A stretch of 60,768 nucleotides of DNA, the filler included, from Sphacelaria rigidula (taxonomy: Eukaryota), in assembly GCA_964200075.2 (NCBI GenBank). It is 6 parts of 6 records of this genome, joined end to end, with 100 filler letters (N's around TTAATTAATTAA, not from the genome) between each part and the next. Parts side by side here need not be neighbours in the genome. Positions count along the whole stretch, not along the records: positions 50,725 to 60,768 come from CAXNAA020007264.1; 5 more parts are not named here. One strand, written 5' to 3'. Every line of letters starts with the position of its first letter. Within the stretch, counting starts at the first letter, position 1. A program made the translations under genes and the position numbers. The notes under the pieces were generated by a model that saw only the letters and a list, made by a program, of their open reading frames with translations, was not told the origin of the DNA and made no database searches. Shown here piece by piece: positions 50,725-60,768 of the stretch.

Positions 50725-52091
50725 GACTCGGGCGCTGACCAGTAAATTAACGTCGGAGTACGGTATTTCTTTGTGATCTGGCGCATGCGATTTCGCCTTG
50801 GTTTTTGTTGGTTGTCAAGCTCGTTCGTTTGTCTTGAACTCACTTTGAAGGTGCTGTAGCCAAATGATATCAAGCCGTAGGTTTCAGAAGAATCGCATGC
50901 ATGATTGGAGCAGTGGCAAGGGACAGGGGATCCTGGATTGATGGCCCTTATCTGTGTGGCCCCTTGCTGTCTGGCTCGTGATGTGGTCTATTGAGGGTCA
51001 CTCCGTGATAATAACAAGTGAGAAGAAAGGACATGTCGAGCACGAGGCCAGTGCTACTGGAGGAGTCCCTCGTGGATGGCCCTCTTGTCCGGATCGTCTG
51101 GCAGAGGCTATAGACTATATAGTCAAGATCCGAGCATTCTCTCTCGGCTTTGCATTTTCTAGTCCATGTCAATGTTGAATGCAGGTCAATGTTGAATGCA
51201 GGTCGTATACTACAACAGTGGTGAGGCTAAGAAGTCGAGCATGCATTCGCGCCCCGCTTTCGATACAGTATAAACGCCGGTAATAGCCACGAACTGCTCT
51301 ATGGACGACAACCGAGAGACGTTCGGACTTGAAAGTGCCCTCTGATCCTCAGCAGCGAAGAAGGAAAGGGGGATACCGTGGCACGCGGGGGTGCTGCAGG
51401 GAGCGGAGAGGTTCATGACCTCTTGGCACAAGGACGAGGAGGAAGCCAGCCGAATACGGGCTCATTGACGGGACCTTTGAGGAAAGCACGGAGGAGATGG
51501 AATAATGTGTAGCCAGCTCGTGCCGAACTGAACATGGCGGGAGTGACAGGATTCCTGTGGCAGGACTTACTATCATCTCCCCTTGTCTCCTTTCCCCCCC
51601 TCCTAATTGCTGACTTCCATGCACCCCTCCCCCGAGCTGGTGTTATTATGCCTTGTATACTTGTACACATGGCTGTCCCTCTATAGGCACAAGGGTGGAA
51701 CCTTGCGATTCTTTTCGCTATGGTCGGCGATCTTGGCCCCTGAGTTTGGCTCTCTTCCTGCTTGACTTCGCGTGTTGAGTGGACCTATAAGCCCTGCCTC
51801 TAGTAGACCAAATGGTCGCGTACGGCATCAGAGTTCAGGAGGCTAGCAGTTTTTATTTTCCTTACTTTTTATTCTCCTTCATTTTTTTTCTGTATTATTT
51901 TTCATTTTATTCGAATACCCTTTCTTTTTTGGGATCGCATCTGTGTATTTTTTTCCGGTTCCGATATTATTACATCTTTTACTTTATTTTACCCTATTTT
52001 GGGGTAGTTAGCCTGCGACCACGGAAGGCGTCCGCATCAGATGCCCAGTACAGAGTACTGCACAGATACGGGGGTGGTCTTTGATGTGGGG

Positions 52092-52134
<43 letters not shown>

Positions 52135-52135
52135 C
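50725..52135 (+). mobile_element. 3' portion of a decayed RTE-type LINE (second family) ending in (CAA)n
   Basis: AAKKERGIPWHAGVLQGAERFMTSWHKDEE parallels the C-terminus of the LINE at ~57930-58030; T-rich 3' UTR; tgcgaccacgg motif; (CAA)14 tail at 52093-52135. Confidence 0.7.
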
Positions 52136-52380
52136 TTGCAAGCTTGTCCAACTTCTGTCGCGTCGTGTTGCTTGCGGCATGGACGTAATCCCGGAGAATA
52201 TTTTATGATGAACTGCTACGAGTGGTCCTTACATCACAGTCGTTCAGCGATAGGGAGGGATCATAAACGCCAATTATTTTTGCAAAATGGGGCAAAACAA
52301 TCTTGACTGGTGCCCGTGATGGACAAAGAAAAACAAACGTGTTCTCTGGGACAACATTCAATGCTTCCATCCAGCAAGCC

Positions 52381-52748
52381 GGTCGTCCCGGTGGCTCAGT
52401 TGGTAGCCTCGAAACCCTCTGACGGTTGGGTCGTGGGCTCCATTCTCGGAGCGATCTGGGATTCTTTCTCACACCATGCCCAACAGGGGAGAGTGACTAT
52501 GTCGTGGGTACACAAAAATTCGACTCAAAGGTCGACGAGGAAAAGGGACTGCTGAACCCCTCTCGCGATAAAAAATAAAAGGCAAGCACCGCAGAAGGAA
52601 GGTGGGGTACTAACAACAAAAAATAATAAAAAAAAGCTCCTGTGTTGACCTTCCTCTTGTGTGACCCCGGCTGGTGCGCCCACATATACCGAAAGGTGTA
52701 GACCGGCGTTCAGAATGGATGGGACGACAACACATACATACAACACAT
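52381..52748 (+). mobile_element. SINE family B, full length
   Basis: ggtcgtcccggtggctcagttggtagcc...gatgggacgacaacacatacatacaac. Confidence 0.85.
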
Positions 52749-53031
52749 CCGACGGAACACATCTCTATGACCTTGTGCGAGCTTCTTCCACGGAGCATCC
52801 GCGACCTTAACATAGACAATATGGTGGGAGACAAGGGTGCGGGGGGGAAGATGGTGTAACATCCCTTCCCACCTATGCTATTAAACAACTCATCACGTGC
52901 ATGTCAATGTCATTAAAATGGTTTCTTGGTAGCGAAGGAGATTGCTGCGTGTGATGGCAGCACAGCGGTACCTAGAGCTAAGCTACCTAGCACAGATAGT
53001 TCGTGCCGAAGTCATCACGTCAAGTGGGATT

Positions 53032-53201
53032 TAAACACTTGTTTTTGGATACGTCATGGGACTTCAACCTGAGTCGGCCGCCCGAATGATCCGTCGGTAA
53101 CCTCGAATCCCTCCGTTAAACACTTGTTTTTGGATACGTCATGGAACTTCAACCTGAGTCGGTCGCCCGAATGACTCCGTCGGTAACCTCGAATCCCTCC
53201 G
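53032..53201. repeat. 85-bp tandem duplication spanning the flank and the 5' end of a SINE B
   Basis: taaacacttgtttttggatacgtcatgg...ggtaacctcgaatccctccg occurs twice. Confidence 0.85.
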
Positions 53202-53530
53202 ACGGTTGGGCCGTGCGTTCGAATCTCGGTGTAGTCACACGATCTGGGATGTTTTTCTCACACAATTCCCAGCAGTGGAGAGCGACTATGTCGTGGGTAC
53301 ACAAAATTCTAGGTAACGGTCGACGAGGGAAAGTGATTGCTGCACCCCTCTCGCGATTAAAAAAACGTACGCACCGCAGGAGGAAGGTGACGTACTAAAA
53401 ACAAAATAAAAAGCAAAAGCTTTTGTGTTGGCTTTCCTCCTGTGTGACCCTGGCTGATGCGCCCGTATATACGGAAAGGTGTAGACTAGCGTCCAGAATA
53501 AATGGGATGGCAACACACAACACACAACCA
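53161..53530 (+). mobile_element. SINE family B, full length, diverged
   Basis: Colinear with 52381-52748. Confidence 0.8.
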
Positions 53531-54514
53531 GGGATTGTAGTTGGCGAGATTCGCATGAACCCATCAAAGCTCTCGCAAAAGACGGTGGCGATACAAAAGG
53601 TTGTGGGCATCATCGTAGTTAGGGAAGAAAAAGCGATGTTGTACAAGAGCGGCAGCCTCTCGCAACACCGTGAACCAGATCTGGGCCGCGCGCGCGGGAA
53701 AGTGGACGGGGGGAGAGGGGGGTTACTCATGGTATTGCATGCCGTAGTCATGACCGTTAAACTCGCATCTGTACAAAGTCAGGATGGAGCTCGTCTGGTT
53801 TCCCCTGGATCAGGCTTACAATCAATCAGCAGGCGCGAGGCGCCGTGATGTGTCCGGCGAGTCGAATGAGAGATGAACTGCATCCTGCTTGCATATGTAT
53901 GGCAGCCTCCGATGAGTTGCTTTACTTTCTGATATCGCCACTTCCAGAGGCAGCCACCGGGTACACTGCCTCGTGGGTGGCTCACCATTTCGACACTACG
54001 TAGTTCGATTACCCCTTTCGCGCGGAGTCCAGGTTCTCCACGATGCACAATACGATCTGACTCGACCACCATCATGGTTGCCGCAAAAAAACACGAGCAA
54101 TGAAAAACCCCGGTAACCTGGTTGCCTAGCTTACGCAGTGGGTGACGTGGTTTACAGCGTCGTTGCCAACCGACGCAAACCCTAAAAAGAGAGACGCAGG
54201 TGAGAGGGAGGGCGCCGTGAAAAACAAAGCAGCGACAAACCCCGCCTTCATTCATCTCATGCCACTTTATTTTTCTCCAAAGTGCCGATACTACTTTGCT
54301 CCAAACTCAAAATCCCGCAGCTGCGGAGTTCTACCCGAATTTAGAGCATCGTCACGGGAAACACGTCGATGAAGATGAGACATGTATGAATAAGTACCAG
54401 AATTGGCGGACGGGAGCGAGCGACCGACGCGGGCTGGGACGGCTTCACCCTCTACGTAAAGTCGAATGCAAAGCGCGTACCAAGATCGATGTGAAAGAGT
54501 TGGATCAGAAAAAA

Positions 54515-54608
54515 ACAGCTGTGTTCAGGAAGCGAACAGTTCACCCATTAAACCAGTGAGCGCTCACTGGTTCAACGGGTGAACTGTTCGCTTCCTGAAC
54601 ACAGCTGT
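54515..54608. repeat. 94-bp near-perfect palindrome (47-bp arms, 2 mismatches, no spacer)
   Basis: acagctgtgttcaggaagcgaacagttcaccc...gagc|gctc...gggtgaactgttcgcttcctgaacacagctgt. Confidence 0.95.
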
Positions 54609-57421
54609 GGCGTAAGATGGGAAGGAGGAACAGACCCAGGGGAAAGGCAGAGCAAAGGGCACCGCATTTGACTATAGAGAAGGCTAAAGCTAGGCCACGT
54701 GTAGGGAAAATCAAAGTGGCAGCCTACAAAGTCCGTACAATGTCTCTCACGGAAAAGAACGGAGTTGGCCATGCTGAGCTGGTCCTGCAAAATTATCAAG
54801 CGGTGCGTTGTAACGTCATCGGACTGCAGGAGACAACGAGACCGGGCCGAAGCGAGCTTACTCCCGTGGAATACCGTACCTTCTACTACGGGGTGGACGG
54901 GAGCAAGGGAAGGACTGGACATCATGGGGTCGGATTGGCGGTCAAGGAGTCGATCGCCAGTAGGGCGACGTGGATCCCGGGGCTCACTAGCGAACGCCTC
55001 ATGTCCACGACTTGCAACCGGACAGGTAAATCGAACGCTTTCACGTTTGTAGTCGCCTCGAGAGAGCTTCCCACAATCACCACCTACTTATTTTGATGGT
55101 CGCTTACGCTAGAACTGGGGTAAGGACAGGAGGGGAGGGCTAAAGTATAGTGAAGGAAAACGGCCGGGGCTCCCGAGCCAAAGGCATCAACGACACCTCT
55201 TTGCTATAACTTGCGGGTGACAACGGGCTTGCCCTCATCGACACACGATTTTCGTGGTTTTCAAGAACGGCACATCACGTACGTTCAACAGTATTGCGAA
55301 CCGTCTCGTGGACAAAAAACGCATTGACCATACAGTACATCCCCACACAGCGAGATCACGTCAGTTCACAATATCACCGTCCACCTTCAACCACCGAATT
55401 CGTCGGACTCTGATCACAACATTGTGTCCGCCTCAGTGCGGCTCCATCGTCGCTTCGCACGCAACAGACCATGGCGAACTCCCGCCGGGCACAAATTAAC
55501 AGGCGGGGAATAACATCTGACAGTCCATTGACCTGAGCAACTCACCCAGCTCATTATCAGCGAGCTCAAGCAGAGTAGAACTGGCGATGCAGTCAGTGAG
55601 TGCATTGGCCGCGGACTCCGCCGACATGCTCCTGAGCTCCGCTGAGAAGGTGGTGCTCCGTCAGACGCGGAAGCTACCTGCAAATGGAACCGAGAGAGAA
55701 CCCCACATGGTGCAATGTGCAAGCATCGTGCAGGAAACTCTGAGAGGTGGTCTACGCTGGGGTGGACAGGTTCCTGGATGTATATGCTAGGGAGTTGGAG
55801 TGATCGTTTTGAACTGGGGGCTTGGGAGGATGGTGCAGACACCTGAAAGGGGGGTGGAGTCGGGCGGGACGAAAAGGTAGACGGCGAGCAATGTGTCAAG
55901 GACGAGGACGGGAACCTACTGCGTGACAAAGGTCCAATTTACGAGGGATGGGAAAGGTACTTCACCTTGCTGGAAGTCATATCCGCAACCATTGACCGAG
56001 TCGTCATCGACAGCATTTCACAAGGACCAACAGCGTCGTCATTTGGAGAACTGCCAAGCCCAACTATAGCTAAGGATGCCCTGAGAGCTACGGCAAACGG
56101 CAAAGCGACCGGCCCAGATGGTCTACCTGCTACGCTCCTCACGCTTGGGTTGGTCGGGGATCATTCGGAAGTTCTGTACCACTTCCACGGCATCATCGCT
56201 ACGATCTACACATCTGGCGAGGTGACAGGAGAAGAAAGACGCCCCTGTCAAAGTGCTGTACACAATAAGGAGGATAGGACCGAGTGTTTTGCTGCAGGGA
56301 CATCTACCTCGTGACACATGCTGATGAAGTCCTCCTCAAAATCGTAGCCAATAGGCTCGGTAGCTTTTTGCGAGGAAGCACTAGTCTAGTCCCGGAAGAG
56401 CAGTGCGGATTCCGGCGCCAGCGATCGACCACCGACATGGTGTTCGTGGTACGCCGACTGCAGGGGTTGGGACGGGCGAGCAATGTCCCACCAAACACGT
56501 ACTTCATCGACCTGAAGAAGGCCTATGACTCAGTAGACCGCACGCTCCTGTGGGAAATGCTTGCCCGAATCGGAGTCCCTCCGCGGATGATCAAGGTTAT
56601 CCGTATGCTTGACGATGGCATGCGAGCTCGTGTACAGCTGGCGAATGACGGACTAGAACGCGGTTTTACGTTTGCCAGGGACGCAGGCGGGATGCGATTC
56701 GTCCCCGCTATTGATCAACATCTTGGGCGCAGCCTTGGTCGATGTGTTATTACAGCAGTTCGCGGAAAGCCCAGGCATCGTCTCAGAGTTGGTATTTCTA
56801 GACGGTGCGCCAAAAGGTGACGATGGTCAACTTTTGGAAGAGACGCCGTTGGAGAAGGTGCGGTGCGCGGCGACGGGAATGCTTCAAGCGGATGGTGCAG
56901 GCATAGTCTCGAGGTTCACAGACGGGCTTGCTAGGATGATGGCAGCAATAGTGCTGGTCTGTCAGGAATTAGAACTGACGGTATCGCAGAGCAAGACAGA
57001 ATCCATGCGCCTGTGAACAGTACCCAGCTCCGCAGAGACCGCCCTGCACATCAGCACGACCGGTCAACGATATCAGCAGGTGGCCGAGTTTGTCCACCTG
57101 CGTGGTGTGTCAGCGCGGATGCGAATATTTCCAACAAAACCAATCGTGGCATCAGCACCGCGTGGGCATGCAGCCGAAAGCGTAGTCCCCAACTCTACGA
57201 TTGGCCCAGCTCCCAGCTACCTCTGAAAATTCGGCTGTTTAAAGCGGAGGTGGTGGAAGCCATGCTGCACGGATGTCTTAAATGGCCGCTGCGTCCCAAG
57301 GACGTCAACACTCTGCGCGTTGCCCACCATAAGCTGCTACTGCGAGTGGTTGGATTCCGCAGGAAAAACCGAGCCGCCAACTGAAGTCTTTCGTACAGAG
57401 ATGTGCTCGAGATAGGCAAGT

Positions 57422-57657
57422 GAGCAATGCTACGGTACGGGTGCACTTTTTGCGCAAAACCTTGTCTGGTTCAGGGGCTCCTGGCGATTCTAGGTATGCG
57501 CAAGAATATGGGTCAGGGCATCCCCGTTTGCAAAGCCACTCGGGATATCCCTAGCACAGTGGAACAGTAATCCTGACGTGTTTTCGAATGAGACAGAGGC
57601 TCCTAATAATTCTAACCTCAGAAAATATATATGTGCACCCCTACCATAGCATCACTC
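57422..57657. mobile_element. MITE inserted into the LINE coding region
   Basis: TIRs gagcaatgctacggtacgggtgcac / gtgcacccctaccatagcatcactc; LINE peptide SYRDVLE... resumes as ERIETII after it. Confidence 0.85.
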
Positions 57658-58290
57658 AACCGCGAACGTATCGAGACGATCATCCACGACTGTCGACTCT
57701 GGTGGGCAGGGGCCCTTGTCCGGCAGGACGGAACTCATCTCCAAAGCGTATGATGTTCGAACGGTAACCCGAAGAAGGGCCCAACCAAGGAGGCTGGTCG
57801 CCGCCCCAAACACGGGGGGTACCGCCTGAACTCGAACCTAAACGCGCCAGGGACTCTTCCACGCGAAGGAGGACAACGGGCAAGATTCGTCTACAGTACG
57901 GAGGGGAGGTCAAAGACGCACACGATTGAACCCCTGCGGCGAAGAACATGGGTGCTTGGCATCTTGTAGTCGAGAAAAGGGCGGAATAGTTCGAGGAAGA
58001 GTGGCGACGAGAAGACAAATTTCAATCGTACCTTCGCGGCAAGCGAGAGATGGCTACATCGAAAGCTGGTAATCGAAGAGCCGCCAACGCTGACGCAGCA
58101 ACAGCCACAGCTCGCGAGGAATCCAGGATGGAAATGGTCGAGAGAGTGTACCGTTTTGTACCCGGCTAGGGGAGAATGGGAGAAGTTGGGTTTAAGACGG
58201 CAACTGATCCACCCCTGTCCCCTCTTATCTATCGTTGACTATCTCCGTGGCCTGTGGTCTTTCAGTTTTCCCCGGTTGTGCTTTTATTCG

Positions 58291-58610
58291 CGCCCCGGTG
58301 GTGTAATGGTTCGACTGTCGCCATTAGGGTGGAGAGAACGAGGGTTCGATTCCCGATGCGTTGGGTTTCTTCTTCGTAACATCTGATTTCCACCGTGGAA
58401 AGCGTGAGAACGTAAGTAAACAAAAGTAGTCGACTGAGTTTGTTTGACGTGAGCTGACGCGGTGCGGGAGTACTGACCTAATCCGCGAGACCAAAATGAA
58501 AGGCGTGTACCGGGGGAGAGATGGGTTGATCCCTTGAGACAACGGACTCGTCCCGAGAAAGGGGAGAGGTTCGAAGTGCGACAAATAAATGAATAAAATG
58601 AAGTAAGAAA
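58291..58610 (+). mobile_element. SINE family A, full length (tRNA-like head)
   Basis: CGCCCCGGTGGTGTAATGGTT (A box), GGTTCGATTCCC (B box), LINE-like 3' end tgagacaacgg...aagtgcgacaaat, A-rich tail. Confidence 0.88.
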
Positions 58611-59436
58611 CATTGCCCCACTGTGTCCCTTGGCTCCATCGTTTCCTTTGCTTTCTTCCTTCTCTGTTTCCCTTTTTCTCCCTCTACTGTATACTTCTCC
58701 CTTTTCATATCCTCGCGCTGTTTCTTTCCTCTCAGTGCTATACAGTAGCAGTTTGGCGCCTTCCTTCGGTAGGGCTCATGGATAAGAGCTCATGCCTACA
58801 TATTATTTTCCAAAATAGCTGAGTCACAACCTGCTTCCACGGTTTCTTCGTTTTTTTCTGTTTATGGGCGCATGCGTGTGGTTTTTTAGCACGGTCAAAT
58901 TTTACCTGACGACATGCTGCAGGGGACGGCCACTCCTAGTTTTATTCCATTGCTTGTTCTATTTTATTATTATATTGTGTGTTTTCTGACTTTTCTTTGT
59001 TCTTTCCCTTCCCTTCCCTGTTTTTTTCTGTTTGTTTTTGTTTGTTTCTTATTTTTTCGTTCGTTTGGTGCGAGTTTTGTTTCTCACCGTTTACTCCATT
59101 CATATTTTCTATTTTCTTTTTTCACCTCCTGTTCTCCAGCTAGCGTTTCCCTTTTCTTTCATCTTGGGTACGTCTGTCTTGTGGATGATGGCCACAGCTG
59201 GATCCCGAGGAGATTGCTTAATGTGCGAAACTCATTCACTCACTCAAACACTCAATCGCTCAATCACAAAATATGTCCATAACAATCGTGGTCACGTCCG
59301 GTCAAACTCTCTGCATGCTGTGTTTTACCCCGACGAAATGAGGGGAAAGTGTGGGGCGTCCCGCCCGAAAACTCGGTCATCATCTACGTCATTAGGGAGC
59401 CTTTAACCCCTCGAGCCCCTGTAGATAAACACCTGA

Positions 59437-59862
59437 AAACAGCCTGGGTCCGTTTTTGAGGTTCAACATTTGGGTGAGGTTCAACTCGAACACAGTGCTT
59501 TCCCTGACTTCCAGTCATGATCAATTAGTTTCATATGGATGACCTCATGCCCCTCGACCTCCTTGGAACTGTTCTTGGGTGTCGCCCGTCTTTCGTGCCC
59601 CCAAAGCGTACTTGCGAAAGCACCTTTTCGCCTTGATATCAGGGCTAAAAAGGGGACGCTTTGAGCCTGAAATTGGTGCTTTCGCATATACGCCTCGGGG
59701 GCACGGAAGACGGGCAACCCCCAAAAATAGTTTTAAGGAGGTCGGGGGGCATGAGGTCGTCCATATGAAATTTATTGGTCATGACTTTAGGTCAGGGAAA
59801 TCACTCTTTTAGAGTTGAACCTTACCCAAATGTTGAACCTCAAAAACGGATACAGGCTGTTT
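59437..59862. repeat. long foldback element: ~190-bp imperfect inverted arms around a short spacer
   Basis: aaacagcctgggtccgtttttgaggttcaacatttgggt ... acccaaatgttgaacctcaaaaacggatacaggctgttt; pairing continues inward to gcgaaagcacc/ggtgctttcgc. Confidence 0.9.
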
Positions 59863-60339
59863 GAACCTGACGCGCATCATGTTACATAAAATGATGATGA
59901 TGCCGATTCAAGAGACGAACATACCCGGGAGATCACAGGATGGATGAAAAGGCGTGTGAATAAGAAAAAATGAGGCCAGCGCAACAGTGTTGTTTCTGTT
60001 TGGCCATTGGATACTGCCATTATGCACGGTCGTCGTGCTTTATAACTCTTCTCTCAATAATGGTATCTGCTAAGCGCCGTAATAATCTGACTGTCGTACT
60101 CTCTGTTTACAACCCCGCGCGCATCATGGATACGTGTGGGTGCATGCATACAAAGGCGGGTTCAACTATCACGATACAACAGAGCTTGTTGCTACTACAG
60201 GTAATAATATTGTTTTCCACCTGCTCGTGGGGGGATGACGTGTTCCTACCAAGTTTACTGACTCTACGTAAAGTTTACAGCATGAATGTGGACCGGGGAG
60301 TTCAGTTCACCGGGCGAGAGTGCCGTTGAAATAGTATAC

Positions 60340-60660
60340 GGCAAGGAATGAGCTTAGGGTAGATAAAGTAGAATCTCTACACGAGTACTGTGGTGTGTCG
60401 ATACTGCGGTTCCTCATGAATCCTCAGTATTGTGTCGCTTGATATTCAAGGTATTCTGGGGTACTCAAAACTTCGGCAGACACCAGCGGATCGATACTCA
60501 AGGTACTCGGCCTACTGAATACTAAATATACTACCGCCACTCCCCGTATTACTGTGTTGGGCGGGCACTTCAGATGATCAGAATACTCCAGGTAATTTAG
60601 GGATCTCCAAGTACCCCGGGAATTTACCCAGTACTACACGGAAAATCCGGGTACCTGACA
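60340..60660. repeat. degenerate GAGTAC/TACCC-rich repeat, similar in style to 330-470, 13170-13530 and 26640-27230
   Basis: Dense recurrence of tactc/gggta/taccc words. Confidence 0.5.
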
Positions 60661-60768
60661 CTTTCTACGATAGCCCCCCCCCCCCCAACCAGCTAAAAGT
60701 GTCACGAAAAATATGGCCATACAGCGCCTCATGTTCGGGTTCAGGCTGCATGAAGCGCCCGATATCGG

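Larger units (their letters stand above)
54617..59268 (+). mobile_element. near full-length but disabled RTE-clade LINE (APE endonuclease + RT), interrupted by a MITE and a SINE
   Basis: APE: YKVRT, IGLQET, GVGLAV, SDH; RT: KATGPDGLP, EQCGFRRQRSTTDMVF, FIDLKKAYDSVDR, SPLLINI, LQADG (degenerate YADD); RTE C-terminus RLWWAGALVR; T-rich UTR and CACT/CAAT tail at ~59232-59268 (linkage of this tail to the LINE is inferred). Confidence 0.9.

Noticed and set aside
58510-58580. Second tRNA-like unit in SINE A (GGAGAGATGG...GGTTCGAA)
   Set aside because: The B-box-like word is not conserved in other copies, and the segment aligns better with the LINE 3' end.

Overview
This window is not one locus. 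It is six unlinked contigs of about 10,045 bp (1-10045, 10146-20190, 20291-30335, 30436-40480, 40581-50624, 50725-60768), joined by artificial 100-nt N44-TTAATTAATTAA-N44 spacers. The DNA is eukaryotic, intron-rich and repeat-rich, and the gene and repeat style suggests a brown alga or related stramenopile (inference). Host genes, all partial: (1) the last 7 exons of a coiled-coil protein with an 852-aa low-complexity terminal exon and a probable GC-AG intron; (2) the first two exons of a membrane-anchored S1 sulfatase; (3) a spliced minus-strand gene whose exons assemble into a bactofilin-like beta-helix domain; (4) an orphan Cys-rich exon. Mobile DNA dominates the rest: two RTE-type LINEs and several LINE 3' stubs, two tRNA-headed SINE families (one shares its 3' end with the LINE stubs), a decayed Gypsy element, DIRS/Ngaro-type tyrosine-recombinase retroelement remnants, an open XPG/PIN plus Cys-cluster ORF resembling AcademX DNA transposons, several MITE families (two with 8-bp TSDs) and two long palindromes. 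All family assignments come from motifs recognised by eye; no database searches were run.
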